From positions 11,782,001 to 11,846,000 of the forward strand of contig OZ076409.1 in NCBI GenBank assembly GCA_964187785.1: a stretch of DNA of 64,000 nucleotides, in the 5' to 3' direction. The translations under genes were made by a program, and so were the position numbers. Shown piece after piece: positions 1-12,500 of the stretch (its first letter is position 1; each line of letters begins with the position of its first letter). Source of the stretch: Amphiscolops sp. MND2022 (taxonomy: Eukaryota). The notes beneath the pieces were generated by a model. It saw only the letters and a list, made by a program, of their open reading frames with translations, searched no databases and was not told the DNA's origin.

Positions 1-246
1 TCACTGAATCCCACGAACGTTTTTGCAAAAAACATCAACTTTTCAAAAACAAATCCATGCTACGATGGTGTCATTAAATTGACGCAGATTCGACTTTTAT
101 GAATGTATTCTCAGTGAAAACAAGCCGGGAACGCTTGTTTTAAAAACACTGTTTCAAAAAAAACAGTTAAAACTTGTTTAATTCACGAAAAAAAAACACA
201 TTTTAACCAACCCCGGCTCAAGGTGATATGAAGTTTTGAGACTTAC

Positions 247-512
247 ATTGTTCCCGCAGTTCGTCATCACTCAAACTGGCACAGAGTCCCGACGGGTAGG
301 GCACTTCGTACTGAGTGCCAGTGCCCAGAATCAGGTGATCGTACGACAGAATTTGAGGAGCATCTGCCTCTTCCCCCGTCTCCTGGTTGCTGTGACTGCT
401 GCGCACATGGATGCGCCGTGACTTCCGGTCGATACCGATCATGGTTCCTTGGATCACTGTGATCCAGCTCCTTAAGCTCAGCCTCGATAACTTCTCAGGC
501 GGGTAGCTCAAG
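247..512 (-). CDS. CFAP61: CFAP61 exon (LSLRSWITVIQGTMIGIDRK...YDHLILGTG)
   Basis: ORF 218-586 trimmed to TTTCAG / GTAAGT. Confidence 0.92.
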
Positions 513-3500
513 CTGAAACGAGACGGGAAGGACTTACGTCTAAAGTCAGTGTAATCCCACTTGCGGTGCAAAAAGTGCGAAATCATTGGAATATGCTAAA
601 ATGCTGCTTCCATGAAAAGTCTGAAATCTCACAGTGCCGAAAAATATTGAAAAGGGGGCTTTGGGAATTTTTGCAGCTGGAAATGTTGAAAAAAGAGCAA
701 TCCTTTATTGAATTTTAGAAAGTTTCAAGAGTGTCAAAAAACCAAAAGGAGGGCCCTTTGGTACCATGCAGTTGGAACTGAAAAAAACTCGAAGAGGGGA
801 CCCTTTGACCTCTTTGACAAGTTTTTAGATCTCAGGCTAAATGATTATGAAAAAAGCGGAATATTTAGTCTGAGGATTGTCATCTCACAAAAAGCACATG
901 TCTAACTATGTGCTTGAAAGCTTGCCTCAGCTCTGAAAAATACTCCGAAGTGATTTCAAATCAAATGAAACGTAGTCTTGATTAAATAGCGCCAACTTGT
1001 TGACACATATGGGCATAAACTATTGACGCGCACATCTGACTTAAACTCACTCAGAAAAAATTTTGTGCTCAATGCTCATGAAATCCAATGAGTTCTCGAA
1101 TAAATTCACCTGGAGACTTCTCAAATTTTGAGCGATAAAAAACCATACACACGGACTGAATTGTGTGAAAATTCATACAGTGAATCCCGGATACAATCAA
1201 CGTCAGCCGAACGACTAGTGCTGTTTCATATAATCGAATTTCTTCTATGTGGGTTTGAAATGAAGTAAATTGGCAGTCGGGGCCAAGATCCACATTGACT
1301 ATAAGTGGGTATTTCTTATTTGTTATATGCAGGATCCACTGTATTAAAACAGGACCTAATTTAGAAATAACAAATTGAGCTTCCGAATACCTGGAAGACA
1401 GTAAGCCTTTTGCCTCTTCCGAAACGGGCAGGTCTCCTGGCAAGCCATGTGGAGAAACGAGAGTGATGTTGTTGAATCTCAAATGGGGTGAGAAGACCAA
1501 CGTTTCCAAGAATCCTAAGTTAGTAGTGGAAGCACCAACCACAACGATTCTGGCGTTGATGCCAATTTTGGGTTCCAATAGCAGTTTCCTGTTGATAGAA
1601 TACAAAGCAAAGGGATCTATTTCTTTCAATACCCGGTTGGAGGGCACATTACCATGCAGCATGTGAATAGGGTACACTATTTGTCTACGGGGTCTAATAG
1701 GAGCCATTTCGCCCAGACATGTGATCAAGGTGTGTTGTTCGATTTCGGGATTGGGTTCCTCGCACTCGGCTGTTGGTGTGGGGAAGATTGGATAGTAAAG
1801 ACACGATTTGCTGTCAAGTCTCATGATTTCCTGCAAAAACGGGCTATAATTAAGAAAATTCCTGCCAACAGAATGAAACGAAAACACCTTCAGAAAACTA
1901 ATCAGCCCTTTTTATTTCGTTTTTATCGTTTTTTTTTAAAAATAGCAGGGCAATTTTAGCACACAATCGTTAAGATGCGCAGTGACTCTTATTTTCACTT
2001 TCCGAATGATCATTGTTTCATTTTCAGGGTCAATTGATCAAACCGAAGTATCTTCTTTAGTATCAGCGAAAGGAAGGATTTATTTGCAAACCTGTAAAAC
2101 AATTGCAAACGTTTACAGATTGAGAACTGGATGATGCTTAAATGTCTTGAAATTGCGCAGAAGTCTTAAATAAAGACTAGTTTACCAAGGGTACGAGATA
2201 CGGGTTTTCAGACAAAATTCGTCTTTTATCATCTTTTCCAAGTTTTCTCAACACCTAATCACCAATCACCAATCACGTCCCCTCACCACATATTGTTTGC
2301 AATCTGTTGTAGTTTCCAAGTATATTGGAACGCTTAAACGGTTATTAGGTTACTCTTAACGAGGTTTTTCATCTTTTATCACGATGAGCTTTTTTGATAA
2401 AGATTTTTTCTTCAACGCTTCATCAAATTCAAATTGTTTTTGTTGGTGACACTTTGAGCTTGCAAGCTGTTTAGGAAAGGTGGCTACGGTCAAGCGAGCT
2501 TTCGCGCCCTTGGAAGTCTCTTTTGATTATGTATTAATGTTTATTCATACACTGTACAGTACTGTCATTTAAAAAACCGTCCCCCGGGCAAATTCAGGCT
2601 GGATTTTATCAAAATTGGTTGAAAATTTTGAAAAACATCAGAAATAGAAGTTTCTTAGAATTTCAACTAGTTAACATTAGTATTTTTTAAAAGTTTTGAG
2701 ACAAAAATTGATAAAAATACAAACAGCTGATTTTTGAGCAAAATTAGGAATTTTTGCCGTTTTTCCAATTTTTGACCGTTTTATCCAGTTTTTTTTTTGA
2801 CAAGTTTCATGCTCAATTAACTCCCACAAATCTACTGAATCTATTTTGATTTCAGAATTTATCAACAGTTTTCGAAATATCATGCTCGAAAGGTAAAATT
2901 TCGTCAATTTACATGTATTAAGATAGGAAATTAACGTTTACGAATTCGATGACTTTAAAATTTTCCGAAAAAAAAATCAAAAACCTGTCCGAAACTCGAA
3001 AAATAACAGAAGCGTTCTTTTTGCGCCTGAGGTTTCACTCGATGCGCCAATCAAAATTAAAAGTTAGAGCAAATAAGCAATTTTAATAGTTTGATAACGA
3101 CGCCCAGTGCATAGGGGGACGATTTCTTAACCACAGTACTGTATCGTTATAGTTAAATCAGTATTATTATTATTATCAATATAGTGTAAAAAGTTAAAAA
3201 GGTTTTGTTCAGACTTCACTTTAATGAATGTTTTGGTGAGGCGTGTTATTTTCCGCCCACATATAACGGGGGAGGAAAATCATAATCTATGTTGCGTTTT
3301 TTTTTCTAAATTCTGCCAAATCTCCACTCTATTACTCCATTTAGTAAATTCTCGTCAACATGGCGCAGTTGGTAGTGCGTCTGCGTGGCAGACACGAGGT
3401 CGTGGGTTCGAACCCGTGCTGATGCGTTACATTTTTAGCGCAAAATATCCCGGTGCTTAGCGGGCGTCTTGTTTACTTTAATGAATGTCTTGGTGAGGTG

Positions 3501-6500
3501 GTGGAAGATGGGGTTGAGCACGAAGTGGTGCAGGTGTCCGTGTTCGTTTCTCTGGTGGTGCGAGTAATAGACGAAGTCCTCGATGTTGTACCAGCTCTTC
3601 AGGTACTCTATCTTCTCCTCCTGTCTCACAATGGCCACGCCCACTACTCGGCCCCCTTCCACACACGCAGAGAACGCGTGCAGGGGCGTGCCATCCTGAA
3701 ACGAAACACCGTCCCATTGGTTTTTGTAACAAGCCGGGACCGGCCCAAGTCGGCGCCATATCCAAGGCTCAAAAATAGCAAAAAGACTTCCAAGTGTCAA
3801 GTACTGTTTTACAGTACTCGAAAATCGAAAATTTTTGAAAAAAAATTTTTCGAAAAAATTACATACTCAAAAAAATGGACCGAGTGGCGCGCCGGGGCTC
3901 GCTAGCGCAAGCCCCTGGCGCGCTAAAGTCTCACAATGCCGAAAAACTGAAAGGGTGGACCCTTTGAGGTTTTTCAACATCCATTCTGTCGCAAAACATG
4001 AAAAAATTGAAGAAAACAAAAATTTTCATTTTCGGGAAAAAATCTCACAATGCCGAAAAAACTGAAAGGGGGACCCTTTGGGATTGTTCAACATCCATTC
4101 TGTCGCAAAACATCAAAAAAATGCAGGGGGGACCCTTTGAGGAAAAAAATTCCGAAAAAAAAATGTCTCGCAGTGCCGAAAATAATGAAAGGGGGGAGTC
4201 TTTGGTCTCGCCCGGTATGGTATGTTACGCGGAAAAACAGGATAAACCTTTTTGGTTCAGTTCGCTAGACCAAATAGTGCATTTTGATGCAATAATATTT
4301 TGTAGAACTTTTGTAGAACTATTTTGGTCAGTTCGTGTGGATAGAAAAAAAAAGAGTCACTATAATAGTCGCGTTTCACTTCATGAAGCGCCGACTAAAA
4401 AAAAACTGTGAAAAACTTGCAATAACTGGAAAAACCGAAAATCTGCACTCAGTTTTTTTTCGATTTTTGGTCTCAGTTTCTTGATTTCAGAGACATCAAG
4501 TCAATGATTCGTGAAAATGCTTGCAATGCTGTGTAATATCGTCTAAAAATCTTATTCAAGAGTTTTCTTTTCCATTCGTTCAACTAGTGCCTTCAGACGT
4601 TTTGCAAAAACTAATTTGTGCGAGTTTGACCCAATCGTCCATTTAGGGTTATTGATAACGCTTTTTAAGAAGCACAAAAACTACCAACCTGAACCAATCT
4701 CCATCGGTGCTTCCATTTGAAAATAGGACAATTTTCAAAATTGTAAACTCAAGTCAGAAAACTTTTGCAGATTTTATTCCGGATCTTGAAATTGGGCAAA
4801 AGTATGAAAAAATTTCAAACTTCTATTTTCCCAAAGTTTTCCCAAAATGGAGACAGCTACAACAACGAATAGGAATACTCAGAATGGTATAGTTGAATTA
4901 TGATTCTAGAACCTTTTGTTCGAAGATTATAAAAGTTCATATAAAGCGGATGTATCTATGCAATTTTCAATGGCGATAGGTGATCTAACCTTATCTCTGC
5001 GAGCTTCATTGTACTGTTTGAGGTCTCGCAATATTCGGTCACCGCCTTCGATGGTCTTTGTCAAAACTTCGACCTCCTCGAAATCGGAACTGATTGAGGG
5101 TCGCACACAGAAGTCTCTGAAGAACAATTCACAATTCCGGTCACTTCAGGTTTTTCAAGGGAAAGACCTTTCAGGATTTCAACAGAGAAATCAAATGCCC
5201 AGGTTCCAAATATCATTCACTCACTCAAGGAACTGTTATCTCAACAATCCGGGAACGGCATAAGTCGGCGCCTCACTTTCGGCTCAAAAAGAGCAAAAGT
5301 ACTTCAAAGTGTCAAGGATTTGCTTTCCAATAAATTCTCAATATCACAGTACCGAAAAAAAATCAATTTGCTTCGGATATAAAGGAAAAAACTTGGATAG
5401 AGCGTGCTGGGCCAAATGGGAGCGCTTTTTTTCGAACCTCCGCATCCTGCTAAGTGAAACACTATTTAATTCGGATGTAACGTCAAAAATTCGGATATAG
5501 CGTGCTTTTCAAGATTTCAACATTTTGTAGAACTATTTTGGCCAGTTCGTGTGGAAAAAAAAACAGTTTTCATTGTCAATAAAGCGTCGACTAAAAATAG
5601 GCAGTTTTCGTGGTACGGAGATGGTTCTGTTTCAGATGTCTCTTACCTGAGGAGTCCATATCGATTGAAGACGTAGAGTTCCTGGTCCAAGTTTGATTGC
5701 ACCCGCGGTGTCACTCTCTGAAACAGAGCAGCTGTTAGAACTCAATAAAACCAAGGCTGTCATGTTGATAACAGCAGAGTTTTGACATCGCTATTTTTAG
5801 CTAATAAGCTAAACCGCTAATTTCAAAATCACTATTTCGCTGAATAACTTTTCCTTCAAACTATTAATTTTTTGAATTCAAGAATGTCCTAATTATAAAC
5901 GATAACTTGATTCAATTTTTGCAAGAAAAAACTAGCTTTTATACTGCGTGGGTTTTACAGATGAAGTGTCGGAATTTTCGAAATTCATTTTGAAAATCTG
6001 TCCATTTTCCGGTGAAATTTTTAATTTGGACAATCTATTAATACTTGCCGCTAATTAGAATCTGTAATAGATTCGCTGAAAAATTCTGCGTAGCCGCTAT
6101 TTCGCTAAGCCGCTGACAAACGGTGTCAAAATTTTGGATAACAGTACAGGTTTTGGCACTTCAACTCGAATATCGATCACTTTTATTTCAGACAAGCCTT
6201 TTAAATTTTTATTCATTCAGTTTTTATTAAACTGTTGAATGTCCTAAGTACTTCTAAAATCAACTTTTTGTAGAATAAAGACCAATTCATCATTTCACGA
6301 GAAATTAAAATTAACATAATTCACAAATTAAGATCATACCAACCATGGAATTTTCTTTGGGTACCAACCACAAAGTTTTGCAGAAGTGCGAACTCTGGCA
6401 CCATGTGCGGAACAGTGATTATGCAGAAATCTCTGTCTGGGTAGCACTGGAAGGCGTTGGCCATGAAATCCAGAGACCTCGTTTCCAAATCCTCCTTGAT

Positions 6501-9500
6501 GCAAAACAACTGGATGCAGAAGCAGTTGCTCTCGCCATTGTATTCTGGCACGAATGTGGGCTCTGGTCTCACCAACTCCACAGGGGGTTTGATCAAGTTG
6601 GCACCTGACTTGGAATCCGAATCTTCACTGGATAAAAAAGAGTATATGAGAAACGGATGTTCCGAGAAGTGATTTGTTAGCAAGAAGAAATGTCAGCGAA
6701 CAAACTAAACTGTTTAAACATGTTTTTGTTTTTGAACTTTTTTTGGCCAAAATTACTTTTTACAGTACATTTTGTGTCTGTACATTTTGGGTCAGATCTC
6801 ATTTTGGTATGAAAATTTCACACAAAAAAATCGAAAACTACTTTGAAGAAAAAAACGTTTTCGTCACACAAAAAGACACTCTACAAAGTCAAGAATGAAG
6901 GCATATCTCATGAAAAAAGCACTCAGAACTTCAAGAAAAGAATGGACTAAGAATATAGTGATATGAATCAAGAAAATAAATCAAATTAACGTAGAAATCT
7001 CATCTGCTTACTCGCTTCTTCTCGTGCTGGTAATTGCAAAAAGGGTTTATTTGGTTTGCCGAAATAGTTTGAAGAACCTCATCCTTTAATCGCAGATTCT
7101 CTCAACTGACATTTGGGCTCTCTTCGTTTTTTAAAATTTGCAACATGACAGAGCTTTCTACAGAATCAGTTTCAAGTAATTTCAACAAAGTATGGGTATC
7201 AAATCAAAATCTCCTAGCTTAAAATCTAGACAAAAATCTCCTCAGTTAAATCTCCTAAAGTAGGGTATTGTGATAAGCTACGTTCACATGGTACCCATAG
7301 TGCCCTAAATGCAGGAGCAAAGCGAAACGTAGCGACGTGCCACTACTGGTCCAGCGGCTGGTTTTGACGAAGGCCGACCCTCTTTTTCTTTACATTTTAA
7401 TTGAGGATATTTTGACATGTAACCGAAAGTATGGATGAAGTAATGAGCAGTGTCTACCAGCAGAATGATCAAAATGTCCAAAAAAACCCTAAATGCTCAC
7501 TCTGGCAGAGACGGTGTCTGGAGGGCGAAACGAGTTCTGGCAACGGTTTCCAGCACCACAGCCAACACGTCTTGCCCGGCTTCAGAGTTAGACAGGGCTG
7601 CTTGGCACAGGCCAACTCCGTTCTCGCCCGCAAACTCCTAAACGAAGTCAAAGTTACACAGGTATTGTGAAAACGGGGACTAAGTTGTCCCTAACGCAGA
7701 CTTCCGTTGTCTTATTCCTCAAAAACTACTCAGAAATAATGAGAATAAGAGAAACGAAGGTACAAAATTTTGTTTGTTTGAAATTTCTTTCAGGTTTTCG
7801 TATCTGTTTTTCCCAAAAAATGATTAGCTTAAATACGATTTTTCAAAGGTGTTATACAATTTCATCGATAAGAAACTATATAAGGAAGTTGAATTTAATG
7901 AATGAAACGTTATTAAAGCTAACGATTGTTTTCTCTCCAGTAGTTTTAGGATCAGAACAATTAGAATGTTTCTCGAAACTCCATAGAGTTTTAACCACGT
8001 ATCAAACAATATACGGCACTTCTGAATAAATCTATTGTCAAAATTATCCTGAATCTATGTCGAGGTTAGTTCCAAAATAATTGCGAATAACTACACTTTG
8101 AATTTCGAAGAAAAATTGGCCAAGTCTTTCATTTCTTTTTCAATTTCTTTTTTTTAAATTTTAAAACAGCGTGTTGTTAATAGTTGCGCAATGAATCATA
8201 GTTTCAACAACATACACCTGTATTAATTCGCAAATGTTTTTAAACTTCCGAAACTCCTTTTCGAAATTTGAAATACAGATCCTTTTTTTCTCACAGTCGA
8301 TAGTATAACTTCTTCTCAATAAAATAGGCCCCTCCGGGGCCCACTATTATTTCTGCCTTAAACTTTCATTAATAATAGCATCATATCTGGAATACCAATA
8401 TACTCTTCTTTAATCTTCATTTAACGCGCAAATAATCACTGTACCAGTTTATACCGCCTTTAAATCTCGGACTAAAGCAAATATAACTGCTAAGCGTAGA
8501 CGAAGTTTCGCATTCGCATTTGAATGCAGGCGAAGCTCTCCGCGAACGAATAAATAACACTCATTCACTTCATCTCAATAACTCGGCGCACGAAAGCATA
8601 ATTACGAACATTCGCTTGCTTCATCTCAATGACGTCAGCGTACGAATGCATAATTACCACTCGCTCGTTCCATCGCACGAGAATTGAATTGTCGTCGGCA
8701 CCTTGAGAAATTTAATTCTCACGCGTATAGTCACTGCCGAACAAAATATCTGAATTTTTCAGTATCACGACAAGAATTGTACTGAAAAAAAAGTAGAACT
8801 CTTGAGATTTTAATAATATTCCTGCTATCGCAGAAGTAATAATAAAACAAAAACGAACTTTAATGCTATCAGACGCTTCCCAGGTCTCAGCACCCTCCTG
8901 GATATCAGTCAAATCAGCCAGCAGCATTTTGATTTTGCTGCCCTTGGGCAATACAGGCAAAGATGTGTTTTCTCCTTGGGTGTGAGAATTCACGGCATCG
9001 GCTGAACTCTGAACTCCTTCCGTTTCCTTGGTAGTGGCAGCATCCACTTCACCGCCACCTGCCGAAATGTCTTCGTTGGGGTCTTTGGAGACAATCAGAT
9101 CCGAAAAATCCGCCAATAGATCTTCCATTGGCGACTAAAAAAACGATATCAACTGTGGAATGAATTCAAAACTACTGAGTCTTCTGATCCGACAACTGGC
9201 GGAAAAAATGGCGGAAAACACAATGAAAGGTATTCGAAGTCATTCGCTTTCACCATGTTGAAACGCTTAGACGAGAGTTAATGGGGAGGTAGAAAACGTG
9301 AACAAATTGGAATAAGATTTTCATAGTTTTGCTTTCCAATTCTCGATTACCAAAAATTTGGTCGTCCGTAATTACGTTCTGTAAAACTTTGTCGCATTTT
9401 AGCTCATTTATTAGGTATGTGAAGCGATTCTTATTAAGTTTACTCATCTTTATAATTATCGTTAATTGTGCAATATTTGCTTCCATTGATTTCTATTAAT

Positions 9501-12500
9501 TATGAATTTGAAAAAACTTCAACTTGTCCTATAAAATCTTCCATTATCACAGATTTTTTACACGTTACTTCTACGCATAATCAAACGTTTTGCGCAAATT
9601 TTGAGTATTTTTTGAATAACTGTTGGTAGAAATAGTTCAGGGCTGAAAGTATTCCGTTGCTTGTTGCTAGGACCTTTATTTAATACACAAATAACTGATT
9701 AAATGTGACCGCTTTTCACGAAATCATATCTTTTCAATAATTCTAATCAATACGACGAAATTTCCGCCATCAGTTTTTAAACGTGATAAAACAAGAGGAA
9801 ATCTGTTGAAAATAATATCGGGAAAACTAACAGCAGAAGAAGCATTGTAGACAAAGATGATTCCATCGGACGCTTCAATCAGAGCAGTCTGCTTGGGAGA
9901 GAGTCCTTTTTCTTTGTCAATGTCTGGAAGTTCAATCTGGAAAAAAATCGAGATATGACATTCCATGTCGGGTATTTCAGGTGACGAAAATTCGGATTTA
10001 ACAACACAGCTGAAAACTTACAAATGTCAACTTGATTGCTTTATCGAAGCTCTCTAGGTCCACTGTCAGCTGAAAAAGGGGTCAAAAATTAAACGAATAA
10101 TCTTAATTGTCTGAGAATTATGTTTTAAATACTTTAAAATGTTACATTCAAACAGGAACCCTTTAGCAATTAAAATCCGTATAACGTGTTAGTCGTTCTC
10201 AAGAAAATGTGCAGCCCAAAACTAATTATTAATACCAACAAAAAATAAATAAACAATAATAAAAATCAATACCAACACGAGAACAGCCGTCGTTGTCTTT
10301 TGTCATCTTTGAAGTTTCAGGATGAGAGGCCTAAAACGAAAAAATATATACAGTATTTCTTCCAATAGAAGTCTCCCCCGATTATAGGCCACCTTCGATT
10401 AGAAGCCGCATTAAGCCTAAAAATTTCATCTTAAAAGCCATAGTTTACCATATATCTTCGAATATAGGCCGCGAAATAACTACGGAAAAAACTTACAAGC
10501 CGCGGCCTGTACTCGAAGAAATACGGTATATGAAAAACTCGAGAAGTCGATTATCAACTTACGCTATCTAAGAAATTTCTCTCAGAAAATATATTGTGAG
10601 ACATAAAAAATGGAGATACCGTAAAATTTCAAATCTTCTGGAAAAGTATTTTGTATTGAGTACATGCAACAAGTCAATCCATGCAATTTGAAAATGTTTA
10701 AAAATTTGAAAATGACAAAAATAACTACAGCAGTGATATTATTAAAAGCAACAAAAAGTAAATTTCAAAATCGAATATCTCAAAGACGGCAGTGATTTTT
10801 GAAAAATGGCAAAAGCAAAAATTTCTTGGATTTGTATCTACTTTACAAAAATGTTTGTTTGAAAATTATGCGATGAAAACTGCAAAGTTATATAGGCCAT
10901 TTTCGGGCAAAGTTCAATCAACCCCCTGGTTTTACTGAGGCCCCTGATATGTTTTGATTCCGAAATCACACTAGAATCGTTTAAAAAAGTAGGCTGTCAA
11001 ATTAGGCTTTTTCGAGAATACATGTATTACGATACGATTTTGAAATTTAAAACTCTTACGTGAACATTAGAGAGGAACGTAGATTTGTTTGTTTCGTGAG
11101 AGGCCAGAAGGCAAACAGTAGCTTCCAAAACCTCTTCCACACTGTCCTCTCCCCCGGCTACGTCCTCTGGATTCGGAGAATCACACTGGGCTCCATGTGG
11201 CTCCAGCACGTCACCTGAAAAGAACAGGCACTGAAAAAAGCGCGCCCATCATTAGTCTCTCCCAGCATTTCTCTACAAACAATAGTGGCAAATATGACCC
11301 TCACTCTTGATTGTGAAAAATGCTTCGGACGTCTATATAAAAAAAATAATTCTATACATAGTTTATATAAAGGAAATTGGTAATTTCGGGTTGATACCGC
11401 ACCTGAGATACCATTTGTTGCGGTTTAATCAGGCATCATAAATTGAGCACTTTCTGTAGAGAAATCACAGATTAGAAAAGGGAAAGTGAAGTTCTTTCAG
11501 TGTTTTCTCTTCTTTTTATACTATTCTCATTGTTTGATGCGCGAGCACCTATAGACTTATCAATTTTGGATCCCATTGACTGTGTATTTTCGATTTCATT
11601 TGTTTCAGACCTAGGATTTGTGACCGCGGATGCACTTTTGTTAGATCTGATGTCTATTAAAATGATTTCAAACTAGTTATATATTTCCTCTCTTATTTTC
11701 ACGATTCTATCATGTTCTTTTGCTCGATGATCTGTGTCCATACTTGAATTTCATTGCTAATTTGACTAGGTTCAGTTAGTTGATTCTCCAAAATAATATC
11801 TCCCAAATTTTCTTGAACATGAGAATTTAGTTAAAGTCACATTGCCTGCATGAGCTGTCTCAACTTTGGTTTCACTTGTTTTTCTCTCAGGAGAGGGTGT
11901 TTCTAATCTCCTAAATCGCCTATTCACCATCTTTCCTCAAGTGAAAACAAAATTTTGCGGCAAGGAAACAGGTGAATTTTGTTGCAATTATTTAGTGGAA
12001 ACAAGGGCCAATTGAAGAAAGATATCGTTGAGAAGAGTTTACAAAATTGGGTAGAGAAAATCTCTTCACAAAAGAACTGCATTTAGTGGAAGTTCCTTCA
12101 CGATTGAATGATGTTTAAACTGCACTGCCGGTCTCAAAAAATGAAAGAATGACACTCCTTTTTATGAAAGTCATCATAGGAATGATAACAAAACAGGAAC
12201 GTCTAAAGTCGGCGCTATATCTAAGGCTCAAAACGCGCAAAGTTTCTAAATTGCAAAAGGGAGACCCTTCCGGCTTTTTGCAAATCCAGTTTGTTGCAAA
12301 ATATCAAAAAAAAATTAAAGGGGGAACCTTTGGAGACATTTGAAAAAATTCGAAATTTTTTTTGAAAAACGAAAAATGAGAACTTTGAAACAGTCTCATA
12401 GTGCCAAAAACTTTGAAAGGGAAGACCCTTTGGGCTTTTTGAAACTTCAGTTTGGTGCAAAATATCAAAAAACTTGTAGGGGGACCCTTTGGCGACAAAA

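Noticed and set aside
3356..3369. CAACATGGCGCAGT identical to the gypsy LTR-PBS junction (37375-37388)
   Set aside because: Only 14 nt; explained by A-box versus PBS similarity; no LTR homology upstream.
3354..3424. Functional tRNA gene
   Set aside because: A and B boxes are present, but the anticodon arm is malformed, the acceptor stem is mismatched, and it lies inside an insertion flanked by a duplication.
3835..4411. Lys/Phe-rich ORFs in repeats (also 12149-12552, 28736-29319, 32345-32623, 46998-47314)
   Set aside because: Chance frames within the non-coding Helentron-like repeat.
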